Origin: an uncultured virus (IMG/VR IMGVR_UViG_3300028800_002448)
Taxonomy: Duplodnaviria > Heunggongvirae > Uroviricota > Caudoviricetes
Direction: 5' to 3' (one strand)
DNA: 64,000 nucleotides
IMG/VR virus record: IMGVR_UViG_3300028800_002448
A program made the position numbers and the translations under genes. Below, piece by piece: positions 54,327-62,788 of this stretch (its first letter is position 1; each line of letters opens with the position of its first letter). The notes under the pieces were generated by a model. It saw nothing but the letters and a program-made list of their open reading frames with translations, made no database searches and was not told where the DNA came from.

Positions 54327-55505
54327 TCAGCTGAGAAACGAGGGAAAGTTGCGTGCTCTGCGTTTGAGCCCTCTGCGAATCGCGCTGCGCATGGCGTCGC
54401 TGGTGCCGTAGGACGCCCCATCGGCGATCTCGCCGACGCCGGCCGCCGTGAAAGAGACGGGCTCGCTGGACTTGTTGAGCACGCAGATCGTGAGGTCCAT
54501 CGACACATGGCAGGTGTCGGTGGTCACAAGCTCTCCACCCTTGCTGGCGGCGAAGATCTCGGCCGGGACCGAGTTGGCGGTTGCGAACTGAGAGTTCTTG
54601 CCGACCTTGATGTCGAGGATGTCGAACGCCTTCGCGACGTCGTCGGGGATGATGAGCTTCTTCATCTTGAAGATGACCTGCGGGTTGACGGTGATGTTGG
54701 CGCTCACGCCCGCGGGGACTTTTTCGCCGTGCATCTTGGGACTGAACCCGATGACCATGTTGCGATCGACGGGCGGTCGCGTCACGACAGGGAGGATGTC
54801 GTCGATCTGACGGTCACCCTCGTCGTCGAGCTTGTCGGCGGCGTCGCGCACGACGACCTCGACGGCACGCATGACGTTGTCGACGATCGAAGCGAAGCGG
54901 GTCTTGATGATCTTGCCGAGCTTGGGACCGTCTTCGATGACGTCGACGCGGAGGCTGTCGAAGCCGAGGGCCTCCTTGAGGCGGTCCTTCATGCCCTTGG
55001 GCAGAGGAGCGTTCGCGCGTTCGCGATCGTGGTCGTGGTGATGACCGAAGCAGGAGGGTGGAGTTTCCTCGTTCGTGAAGTGATCATCGGGCGTGAAGGA
55101 GGCTGCCGTGACGTTGTCGGCGACGTCGGCCGCGATGTCGTCGGCCATCATCTCGGGGACGGTCTTCTCCGTCGTGGCCTCGACCGACATGACGGCTTCG
55201 AACGTCGCCGGCTCGTTCGACGTGTTCTGGACGCTGAACTCGATCGGATCGGCGGGGGTGTGGCTCTGGACGAGGTTGAACTCGAAGTTCTTGTCGCGCG
55301 TGGCCATGTCGAAGACGAACTCTTCGTAAGGGGCTCCCCATCGGATCTTGACGACGAACGGTCCCTGCGACATCGAGACGTCGAGGGGCTTGTACGAAGA
55401 CCAACGCAGGAGGGCCTCCATCGTCTCCCTCGTGGGGAGGATGAGCATGGTCGTCCTCGGCGGGACCGTGACGGTGGCGTATTGGATCGTTCGATACATC
55501 TTCAT
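54327..55505 (-). CDS. protein with C-terminal KVGKNSQ beta-sandwich and a degenerate N-terminal copy
   Basis: SANITVNPQVIF..DIKVGKNSQF..DTCHVSMDLTI closely matches 57463. Confidence 0.8.
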   Translation of the reverse strand: MKMYRTIQYATVTVPPRTTMLILPTRETMEALLRWSSYKPLDVSMSQGPFVVKIRWGAPYEEFVFDMATRDKNFEFNLVQSHTPADPIEFSVQNTSNEPATFEAVMSVEATTEKTVPEMMADDIAADVADNVTAASFTPDDHFTNEETPPSCFGHHHDHDRERANAPLPKGMKDRLKEALGFDSLRVDVIEDGPKLGKIIKTRFASIVDNVMRAVEVVVRDAADKLDDEGDRQIDDILPVVTRPPVDRNMVIGFSPKMHGEKVPAGVSANITVNPQVIFKMKKLIIPDDVAKAFDILDIKVGKNSQFATANSVPAEIFAASKGGELVTTDTCHVSMDLTICVLNKSSEPVSFTAAGVGEIADGASYGTSDAMRSAIRRGLKRRARNFPSFLS

Positions 55506-55529
55506 CTTGGGGGCTCCCTTGAGCTGGTT

Positions 55530-55562
55530 GCGATGGCGATGGCGATGGCGATGGCGATGGCG
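55530..55562. repeat. intergenic hexamer tandem repeat (GCGATG)x5
   Basis: directly visible between the 55567 stop and the RBS of 55505. Confidence 0.9.
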
Positions 55563-55566
55563 GGTG

Positions 55567-55797
55567 CTACGGGAAGATGACGTTCCCGGGGTAGAGGTAG
55601 ACGGAGGGCGACTTGTTCTCGTAGGTCGGTTGAACGATGGGGCCTTCGTTCACGTAGCCCTTGTAGTCATGGTGAGCGGGAGTCTTCAGGCAGAGCGATT
55701 CGAAGGCGGCCGAGTTGTCGACCGGCTGTCCGCCGCCGAGTCCGCCGTACGTGACGGTGTTCGACGTGCTGAACGATGGGATGACGACGTCTGCCAT
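55567..55797 (-). CDS. small hypothetical protein
   Basis: SD AAGGAG. Confidence 0.7.
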   Translation of the reverse strand: MADVVIPSFSTSNTVTYGGLGGGQPVDNSAAFESLCLKTPAHHDYKGYVNEGPIVQPTYENKSPSVYLYPGNVIFP

Positions 55798-55825
55798 GGG
55801 TGCTTCTCCTTGCTCGGGCGTTGAT

Positions 55826-56080
55826 CTAGTGGATGATCTCGATGACCGGCGTCTCGCGGACGAGGCCGCGACCGATCGCGGGCGCCTGAGACTCGTGGCG
55901 GTTCTTGTTCCTGACGACGGCCATGTAGACCGAGCCGCTGCGGAGGTGTGGCGTGTTCACGCCTGCGGGAAGCGCGACGTTCTTGAACGTCGACTGGCCC
56001 ACATGGTCGTTCCGCTTGAAGGACACGTCGGGGCTGCCGTTGACGGCGGGCATGCTCTTGCTGAAGGTGACGTCGGGCAT
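55826..56080 (-). CDS. small hypothetical protein
   Basis: ATG at 56080 after GAGGAGG. Confidence 0.7.
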   Translation of the reverse strand: MPDVTFSKSMPAVNGSPDVSFKRNDHVGQSTFKNVALPAGVNTPHLRSGSVYMAVVRNKNRHESQAPAIGRGLVRETPVIEIIH

Positions 56081-56090
56081 GGTGTCCTCC

Positions 56091-56462
56091 TCAGAATTCC
56101 GGCGTTGTGGTGTCGAGCGGATAGGTGACGCTGCGTTGGACGACGATCTCCAGGTCTGAGTCCGCGGGCGAGCCGTCGCTGTTGGAGAAGCAGTTGACCT
56201 GCTTGCTGAAGGTGTCCGCGAGGTTGGTCGCAACGATCATGACGGGCGTCGTGATGCCGGTGGCGACGCTGCTGGCTTTGGCGGTCACGCGGACGAACGA
56301 TTGTTCGTCGATGAGGCCTTCTCCGGTGGGAAGGATGAGCGTGTACACGCCGGTCGAGTTGCGCGTGATGGCGCAGCCATAGGTCGTCGAGGTCGAGCCG
56401 TCCGAATTGACGAAGGCTGCGGCGACCATCGCCAAGATTTGGGTGTCGTAATTGGCTGCCAT
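56091..56462 (-). CDS. 'QILA..AAA..TYGC' family paralog
   Basis: MAANYDTQILAMVAAA..TYGCAITRNSTGVYTLILPTGEG. Confidence 0.85.
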   Translation of the reverse strand: MAANYDTQILAMVAAAFVNSDGSTSTTYGCAITRNSTGVYTLILPTGEGLIDEQSFVRVTAKASSVATGITTPVMIVATNLADTFSKQVNCFSNSDGSPADSDLEIVVQRSVTYPLDTTTPEF

Positions 56463-56546
56463 TTTTAACGCTCGATCTGAAAAAGCCCGATGCCCCACGA
56501 GGAAGCACCGGGCCCTCCCCCCGTCGGGGCTCCTATGGACTTTCGA

Positions 56547-56879
56547 CTAGCCGCTGATGGTGCTCCGCTGGACGACGATCTCGACGCCCGTGTCGGAGGG
56601 AGAGTCGGGCCCGTCGTAGGCCGTGACGGTCTTGATGTAGTCGCTCTCGTCGGAGACGACGAGCAAGCAAGCCGTGGCAGCGTAGGGTGCCTTGCCGGTC
56701 GCTCGCGTGAAGGACTGCGAGTTGATGACGGCCTCTCCCGTGGGGAGGATGAGCTTGTAGACGCCGCTGGAGAAGCGCGTGATCGAGCATCCGTACGTGA
56801 TCGGCGTCGAGCCGTCGAAGTTGATCGACGCCGCCGCGACCGTCGCGAGGATCTGCGAGCTGTAGTTGTTCACGGTCAT
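56547..56879 (-). CDS. 'QILA..AAA..TYGC' family paralog
   Basis: YSSQILATVAAASINFDGSTPITYGC. Confidence 0.85.
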   Translation of the reverse strand: MTVNNYSSQILATVAAASINFDGSTPITYGCSITRFSSGVYKLILPTGEAVINSQSFTRATGKAPYAATACLLVVSDESDYIKTVTAYDGPDSPSDTGVEIVVQRSTISG

Positions 56880-56980
56880 CGTGAAATTTCTCCGAGTTCT
56901 GGCGTTGGCGTGGCGAAGGCTTGAAAAAAGAGAGCTGCCCGGACGTCCCGTGAAGGACGCCGGGCGCTCGGGTCAACCGC

Positions 56981-57310
56981 CTAGAAGGGGTTGATGGTGC
57001 TGCGCTGAACGACCATCTCCAGCGAGGAGTCGGTGAGCGCGCCGCCCGTGTTCGCGAAGGCGGAGACGGACTTCGTGTAGCCGTCCGCGTTGTCGGAGAC
57101 GACGAGGCAGACCTGGTTCGGGCCCTTGGCCGTCACCCACGTGAACGACTGGGCGTCGATGAGACCTTCGCCCGTCGGGAGGATCAGGGAGTAGATGCCG
57201 GTCGAGTTGCGGGTGATGTTGCACCCGTACGTGATCGGCGTCGTCCCGTCGAAGTTGATCGTGGCCGCCGCGACGGTGGCCAGGATCTGCGATGAGTAGT
57301 CGGCAGTCAT
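56981..57310 (-). CDS. 'QILA..AAA..TYGC' family paralog
   Basis: YSSQILATVAAATINFDGTTPITYGC. Confidence 0.85.
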   Translation of the reverse strand: MTADYSSQILATVAAATINFDGTTPITYGCNITRNSTGIYSLILPTGEGLIDAQSFTWVTAKGPNQVCLVVSDNADGYTKSVSAFANTGGALTDSSLEMVVQRSTINPF

Positions 57311-57462
57311 GTTGATGTTCCTTTTTCGAAGATCTTGGCGGAGTGAAATAACGCTCCCTCGGCGCCCCCGTTGGCTTTTGGCCTCGGGGGGACGCCGAGC
57401 GAGCCCCCAACCTGTCGCTGTCGCCCGTTAGGGCGTCAGCAAACCTTCTTGTCGGACGTCGA

Positions 57463-58065
57463 CTACTCGACCGCCGGGCCGATGATCGCCGCCGTGAAGT
57501 TGCGCTGCGCGGCGTTCGTGTTGCGGACCGAGATGGTCACGTCCATCGAGACCTGGCAGGTGTCCATCTTGAGGCGGACGCCGAACGCCGACTCGCTGAA
57601 CACGACCGCGGGGACTTCGCCCGAGGCCGAGAACTGCGAGTTCTTTCCGACCTTGATGTCGACGACCTGGAAGTCGACGCCCACCGCCGCCGGGATGATG
57701 ACGCGCTCCGGGCGGAAGATGACCTGCGGGCGCTTCGTGATGTTCGCCGAGGTCGAGCCCGGGACGGCCGTCGAGTCGAAGCCGAGGATGTACTCGCGGC
57801 TCTTCGTCGGGTTGACGTCACGGAGGATGGCGCCCTCCTGCACCCGGCGCGAGGCCAGGGCAGCGGCGCGTGCCGCCATGAGGTTCTTCTGGTTGGCCGC
57901 CGCCGCCGACTTGCCCTTGCCCGGGTACCAGACGCCCATCACGGCGTCCGCGTCACCGGACTCGTCGTCGCCGACGAAGTCCCAACCGCTGAGGCGCTCG
58001 AAGTCGCCACCCGACTCGTCGTCGCCGACCAGCTCGCTTCCGTAACCAACGATGTCTGAACGCAT
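57463..58065 (-). CDS. candidate major structural (single jelly-roll-like capsid) protein with acidic propeptide
   Basis: N-terminal IVG/LVG/LSG/FVG/VMG-punctuated acidic leader; ~115-aa all-beta C-terminal domain; strong RBS; near the head of the structural block; four paralogs. Confidence 0.55.
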   Translation of the reverse strand: MRSDIVGYGSELVGDDESGGDFERLSGWDFVGDDESGDADAVMGVWYPGKGKSAAAANQKNLMAARAAALASRRVQEGAILRDVNPTKSREYILGFDSTAVPGSTSANITKRPQVIFRPERVIIPAAVGVDFQVVDIKVGKNSQFSASGEVPAVVFSESAFGVRLKMDTCQVSMDVTISVRNTNAAQRNFTAAIIGPAVE

Positions 58066-58275
58066 GATCTTGTGTCCTTTTGAAGAGCGGTGAACCGCTC
58101 GGGTTGAATTCGCGTTTCCCTTTTTGGCCCTACCCCTACCCACCTACCGAAAGGTCACGTTCGTGCCTGCGCTCGTGACCTTCTGGGTTTCGCCGTCTGG
58201 GGGACCGGACAACCCGTTCTTCTTTTCGACGGCCGGCAGCGTTGCCGCTGCCGACCTCGTGGACGTCGGTCGCTC

Positions 58276-58767
58276 TTAGCGACCGGCGGCGACCATGCGA
58301 GCCAGCTCCTCGTCCGCGAGGGACGCGCCGCCCGTGACGCCGCCGACCGTGTACTTCCCGTCGGGAAGCGCGGTGGCGCGACCGGAACGCATCATGCGCT
58401 CCACGTCCGCGGGGGTCTGGATCTGGCGACCGACCTGACGGCCGAGGCCGCCGAAGAAGGACGCGAGGGCGCCGTCGGCGAACGCGTGCAGGTGGTGCAA
58501 GTTCTTGTACTTGCCCCCGGCCGCGAAAGCCGCCACGTGCAGCGCGAGGCCCGTGAGGAGGTCGACCGGAACGCCGAAGATGGCGATGCCGCCGAACTTG
58601 CCCTGCGCGAGGCCGAAGAGGAACGATGACGCCGAGACCTCGCTCGTCGTGATGAAGGACGCGACGGCTTCGTCGGTCTTCTCCATGACGGCGCGGGCGC
58701 GGGCGGTCACGCGATCCGCGTGCTGCTTGAACCTGATGATGTCGTGCTGACCGAATGAAAGTGCCAT
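58276..58767 (-). CDS. membrane protein with MALSFG N-terminus (major membrane protein candidate)
   Basis: hydrophobic segments FLFGLAQG..IAIFGVPVDLLTGLALHVAAFAAG and GALASFFGGLG; SD GGAG. Confidence 0.7.
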   Translation of the reverse strand: MALSFGQHDIIRFKQHADRVTARARAVMEKTDEAVASFITTSEVSASSFLFGLAQGKFGGIAIFGVPVDLLTGLALHVAAFAAGGKYKNLHHLHAFADGALASFFGGLGRQVGRQIQTPADVERMMRSGRATALPDGKYTVGGVTGGASLADEELARMVAAGR

Positions 58768-59038
58768 GTTGGTGTCTCCGTCCCGTCGTGACCCGTCACG
58801 AAGGGCCTGTTTGGTTTGTCCGCATCCGCCCAGGAACTCGTTCCGAGGAGAGACGAACGATGCCCATACAGATTGACAGGGAGAACCGAAGACCAATACG
58901 GCCTATCAATGTTCGATAAAGCTAGCGCTCTACGACCTCATAACTCCGCATTCGGCAGGCAGTTACGAGGACCATTCGAGCAGGTGAGATTGAATCTGAT
59001 TACGATTCAATCAGCGTTTTCGACCGCCTGCGAACGAA

Positions 59039-59317
59039 CTATTGTTCGTTCGAGCGTTTGGTAACGGCCGAAACGAAGGCGAGGTCTTCTAGGTCTGCTC
59101 GAAGACGCGCAATGAAGGGGTGGTCTTTGGACTCGGCGGGGTAGGCCGAGGAGATGTCGTATTCGTAGACGGGAGGGCGTTCATCAATTTCGGGGCTGTA
59201 CTCGATCCTGCCGCCGATGAAGCCGATGACGTCGCCGTTGACTCCTTTGATGACTCCGCGGACCGGTGCTTCGATGACGGCACCGTCATGCACGTCCTGC
59301 TCGACGAGGTCTTTCAT
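59039..59317 (-). CDS. small protein with DL..DVHDG tag
   Basis: MKDLVEQDVHDGAVIEAP. Confidence 0.7.
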   Translation of the reverse strand: MKDLVEQDVHDGAVIEAPVRGVIKGVNGDVIGFIGGRIEYSPEIDERPPVYEYDISSAYPAESKDHPFIARLRADLEDLAFVSAVTKRSNEQ

Positions 59318-59523
59318 GGGATGAACTTCTTCTTCATGATCGTCAGGACCTCTTCGAGGGCTGGATGACTCAGGTTCGTCATGCCGTTGAAGTTCATGAT
59401 CTGGCTCATGAGGCCTAGGACGTTGGTGCCGATCTTGGACGGCGGCTCGATCGTAGCGCCGTCATGCACGTCACGAGGTTCGAGGGCTTCTTCCTTCGCG
59501 ACGTCTTCGACGTCGTCGCTCAC
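59314..59523 (-). CDS. small protein with DL..DVHDG tag
   Basis: EDVAKEEALEPRDVHDGATIEPP. Confidence 0.7.
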   Translation of the reverse strand: MSDDVEDVAKEEALEPRDVHDGATIEPPSKIGTNVLGLMSQIMNFNGMTNLSHPALEEVLTIMKKKFIP

Positions 59524-59819
59524 GTGATGGACCTCAGGGGCACGTTCTGTCCGGCGAGGGCATGGGTGGAGTCGGTGCAGAAGTTCAAGATGCCGGCCGT
59601 GAGGACGTAGTGGCAGACGTTCTCGACGCGCGTCGACGTCTTTTCATCCCAAGAGTGCCACTTGTGGATGAAACTCGGCGCGCATGTCGGGGCCGTCAGG
59701 TTGCCGTCGAAGGTCCATCGGCCTCTCTCGATGGGCAGCACGTGTATCTCTTCACACCCCGGACACCAATGGGTGTAGTCGCCGCCTTCGACGGCGCGGA
59801 GCTTCGCGCCTTCGATCAT
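59520..59819 (-). CDS. DUF6527-like Cys/His protein
   Basis: WCPGC..H...WTFDGN..PT..PS....CH....G....C.DSTHALAGQ. Confidence 0.7.
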   Translation of the reverse strand: MIEGAKLRAVEGGDYTHWCPGCEEIHVLPIERGRWTFDGNLTAPTCAPSFIHKWHSWDEKTSTRVENVCHYVLTAGILNFCTDSTHALAGQNVPLRSIT

Positions 59820-60181
59820 GTGAGGCGTCTCGCGTGCGGGGCGAGGTCGCGGTTGATCATGCGCGTGCCGGCGGAGTAGGACGCGCCGTCGATGAGCGCG
59901 GAGATGCCGTGCTCGATGAGGGAGAAGACGTCGCGTCCCATGTAGGGCTCGGTGTGGGCATACACGAGCACGTGGCTGTCGGCCTCGACGATCTGGACGT
60001 GGCATTGGCGTTCTTGGCCGCGGGCCTTGTAGACCTTCCTCAACGTCGCGAACTCGCCTGGGCGTCGGAGCTTGCGTCCCTCGTGAGGACCGTAGCCGAC
60101 GGCCATGAGCGCGCTCACGAGGTTCGTGAGCCTCTTCTTCGGAACGACGAGCGCGGGCTTCTTGCCTTCCTTGAACGCCAT
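59816..60181 (-). CDS. hypothetical protein
   Basis: RQCHVQI..VYAHTEP motif; operon packing. Confidence 0.65.
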   Translation of the reverse strand: MAFKEGKKPALVVPKKRLTNLVSALMAVGYGPHEGRKLRRPGEFATLRKVYKARGQERQCHVQIVEADSHVLVYAHTEPYMGRDVFSLIEHGISALIDGASYSAGTRMINRDLAPHARRLT

Positions 60182-60183
60182 AT

Positions 60184-60474
60184 TTAGGTTGCCCTCTTCT
60201 TGAGCTTCTCACGGAGCCTCGCACCGAGTCGAGTCTGCTTGACGTGCCAAGAGTCAAGTGACTGTAGAGGAGGGACGGTTGCGATGCCCTTCATCGCGAG
60301 GTCGAAGGCGAGGCCGTCGCGGAAGAAGCGCAGGCGTTGCAAGTGCGTCGCGCGGAGGCACCATGGCTTGTGTCCGCAAGCGCGCCAGAGGGTCAGCGTG
60401 TAGCAGGTGCAGGGGACGTGCTTCTGGATGATGGTCATCATCCATGCGAGGTCGCTTCCGATCGTGTCCGACAT
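60184..60474 (-). CDS. small Cys/His-containing protein
   Basis: CTC..CGH..WC. Confidence 0.55.
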   Translation of the reverse strand: MSDTIGSDLAWMMTIIQKHVPCTCYTLTLWRACGHKPWCLRATHLQRLRFFRDGLAFDLAMKGIATVPPLQSLDSWHVKQTRLGARLREKLKKRAT

Positions 60475-60490
60475 GGCAGATCTCTTGGGG

Positions 60491-60802
60491 CTACCTGCGA
60501 CCCCTCGGGTTGTTCCTGATGATTTTTCTTGATGGAGCATTGAGGAGCTTCTTGATGTTGCTGGTGGCGATCTGATGGTTGGAGATGATCATCCGATAGG
60601 GCCAAGAAGTCGACTGTGGAAAGTTGAGCTTGAAGGGGAGTGAGGTGTTGCTGGCCGAAATGGAGACGTGCTCGGGAGGTGCCTTCGGGGCTTGATCGCG
60701 AGCATGGCCCTTGGGCTTGGGTTTGGGATCGGGAGATGAGATCTCGACACCGTCTTGCACGTCGCTGACGGTGAGGGCTCGGTGGAGGTCGTCAGTCTTC
60801 AT
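60491..60802 (-). CDS. small protein with DL..DVQDG tag
   Basis: DDLHRALTVSDVQDGVEISSP. Confidence 0.7.
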   Translation of the reverse strand: MKTDDLHRALTVSDVQDGVEISSPDPKPKPKGHARDQAPKAPPEHVSISASNTSLPFKLNFPQSTSWPYRMIISNHQIATSNIKKLLNAPSRKIIRNNPRGRR

Positions 60803-61058
60803 TGACGTTCATCCCGGGCGGCGTCCATTCGAGATCTTCGGCCGGGTTTCTGATGACCTCTTGGTCTTCGAAATGTGATCGGGCGAAGGGGTTCATGAAG
60901 AGCCCCGTCGTGCCGGTCGCGCCCAAGATGGGACCTCCAGGTCCAGTCATGTCTGTTGCACCCCATAGAGGCCTGTAGGGCGGCACGATCGGAGCGACGT
61001 CTTCAACGTCTACGGGCTCGATCGCGTCGGTCTTGGCGAGGTCTTTCTCGTCACTCAT
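60792..61058 (-). CDS. small protein with DL..DVED tag
   Basis: KDLAKTDAIEPVDVEDVAPIVPP. Confidence 0.7.
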   Translation of the reverse strand: MSDEKDLAKTDAIEPVDVEDVAPIVPPYRPLWGATDMTGPGGPILGATGTTGLFMNPFARSHFEDQEVIRNPAEDLEWTPPGMNVNED

Positions 61059-61074
61059 CTTCTTCCTCTACCTT

Positions 61075-61272
61075 TCATAGCGCGATGGTGGTGATGTTTC
61101 CTGAAGGACTCCTCACCTTGAGCACACCATCTGCCGCGTCTACGAAGAAGGACCATCCAGGAGGGAGCATCGCCGGAGGTGCGATCACCGCCGGAGGTGC
61201 GATGGGGTGGACCTCTTCGACGTCGAACTCTTCTATCGCGCGGGTCTCGGCGAGGTCGGCGAGATCATTCAT
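61075..61272 (-). CDS. small protein with DL..DVEE tag
   Basis: ADLAETRAIEEFDVEEVHPIAPP. Confidence 0.7.
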   Translation of the reverse strand: MNDLADLAETRAIEEFDVEEVHPIAPPAVIAPPAMLPPGWSFFVDAADGVLKVRSPSGNITTIAL

Positions 61273-61771
61273 CGTCTGACTCCTCTCGAAGATCAGCAGC
61301 TCTCGCCCAGGGCTTCATGACATCGTCGTCACGATCGTCATCCAAGCTTTCGGAGGTGAGTCCTAAACCTTCCAGCGTGGCCGTGAAGCTCGCCGTGCGA
61401 TCTGTGACGTTGCGCACGAGGAGTGAGATGTTGAGGGGTGGGCTGGCCGTGTCGAACGGCATCTTGGGTGCGTCTTCGTGGAAGACGAGTGCTGGTATCC
61501 CCGTGTGTTGGACAGCGATCTGAGAGATGACTCCGACCTTGAAGTCGACGATCTCGAAGTCAGGTGCGACAGATCGAGAGACGACGATCCTGTGCGCCCT
61601 GAAGTATCGCGTCGCCCGGATCGTGAGCGTCTCCGTCTGACGAGCAGGGACTTCGACGGTGGGCATGTGGAAGGCTATCGGAAAGTGTCGATCTCTTGGA
61701 GGCGCTATGACGGCTACCTCTTCGATCTCGGCAGGTACGATCGCAGCGGTTCTGGCGAGGGCGCGGCTCAC
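61265..61771 (-). CDS. KVGKNSQ-family beta-sandwich paralog with N-terminal tag
   Basis: F...RIVV....DFEIVDFKVGVISQ..PALVF..FDTA..LLVRN..SFTA..G. Confidence 0.8.
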   Translation of the reverse strand: MSRALARTAAIVPAEIEEVAVIAPPRDRHFPIAFHMPTVEVPARQTETLTIRATRYFRAHRIVVSRSVAPDFEIVDFKVGVISQIAVQHTGIPALVFHEDAPKMPFDTASPPLNISLLVRNVTDRTASFTATLEGLGLTSESLDDDRDDDVMKPWARAADLREESDDE

Positions 61772-62217
61772 TAGGCGACCTTGTACATGGCGGCAGCAGC
61801 GAAAATCCTGGGTACCGTTCCGGTGTTGCGCACGGTGATGATCATATGCTCGATCACCGATAGAGAAACGTTGAGCCTGACACCCACGCTTACGGAAGAG
61901 AACAGCTCAGCGGGCGCGATAACGCCTAAAATCTCTCGACCTCCTGCTGTCATGCTGTCGATGATGAAGTCTTCGGGCTGAGCGATCACGAGCCTCTCGA
62001 TGACGATCGGGATGGAGGTCTGGATCGACCTGCGGAGGTTCATGCCGGGCGGGACGATCGTCCTGCCGAAGCTGAGCGTTCCGTGGCCGTTCCTGCGCGA
62101 CGGAAGGTTCGGCGACCATTCATGGACGTCGTTCACCTTGAGGGCGTCGATCTCGATGACGGCACCGTCTTCGACGTCGGAGGCCTGAAGATCTTGAGAG
62201 GTCGTCATGGACGTCAT
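61771..62217 (-). CDS. diverged KVGKNSQ-family paralog with N-terminal tag
   Basis: QDLQASDVEDGAVIE; ERLVI..DF....PAELFS...GVRL..ITVRNT..FAAA. Confidence 0.75.
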   Translation of the reverse strand: MTSMTTSQDLQASDVEDGAVIEIDALKVNDVHEWSPNLPSRRNGHGTLSFGRTIVPPGMNLRRSIQTSIPIVIERLVIAQPEDFIIDSMTAGGREILGVIAPAELFSSVSVGVRLNVSLSVIEHMIITVRNTGTVPRIFAAAAMYKVA

Positions 62218-62582
62218 CTACGGCAGGCTTCACCGTGCATGTGAAGGCAGAACTTCCTCATCGAGACGTAGCTCGATGGATCTCCGAGGGCGGAGATCAT
62301 CTCGTCGGCCTTCTGCCTGACGAGCGTCTGTAGCTCTTCGACGGAGATGTTTCGGGCCTTGGGATCCGAGATGAAGACGTCTGCGTAGTAGGCGACCCAA
62401 GGCGGAGGCTTGAACCTGTTCGTGTTCTCGGAGAACTCGCGCAGGCGAGAGACGACCTTCTCGACGGCTACCCTGTCGATCTTGTCCTTGCCGAGCCTGA
62501 GGTTGTCGAAGGCGAGGGCAGCCTTGACGAGGTCCCAGCGCAGGTCGAAGAAGGGAGACGGAGCGCGGTTGTAGCAGAACAT
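62214..62582 (-). CDS. hypothetical protein
   Basis: translational coupling on both sides. Confidence 0.65.
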   Translation of the reverse strand: MFCYNRAPSPFFDLRWDLVKAALAFDNLRLGKDKIDRVAVEKVVSRLREFSENTNRFKPPPWVAYYADVFISDPKARNISVEELQTLVRQKADEMISALGDPSSYVSMRKFCLHMHGEACRR

Positions 62583-62788
62583 CAGAGACGCTTTCGAGCG
62601 GCGGCGATCTCATCGAGCCGCCGGGAGATGCGACCGAGAGCCTGCTGGATGTAGTTCAGCTTGATCATGTGTTCGTCATGTTCAGCCTGCCGGTGGTCAC
62701 GGTCTTCCAGCTCTCGATGACGAGAGGCGACCCAGTGAACATCCACGGGCTCGTACTCGCCGACGTCTTTGAGGGTCAGGTCTTCCAT
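62582..62788 (-). CDS. small coiled-coil protein
   Basis: ATG at 62788, TGATG coupling. Confidence 0.6.
   Translation of the reverse strand: MEDLTLKDVGEYEPVDVHWVASRHRELEDRDHRQAEHDEHMIKLNYIQQALGRISRRLDEIAAARKRL

Noticed and set aside
54327..55505. Canonical double jelly-roll major capsid protein
   Set aside because: The two beta domains are separated by a long acidic/helical linker and the N-terminal similarity is weak; cannot be claimed without structure prediction
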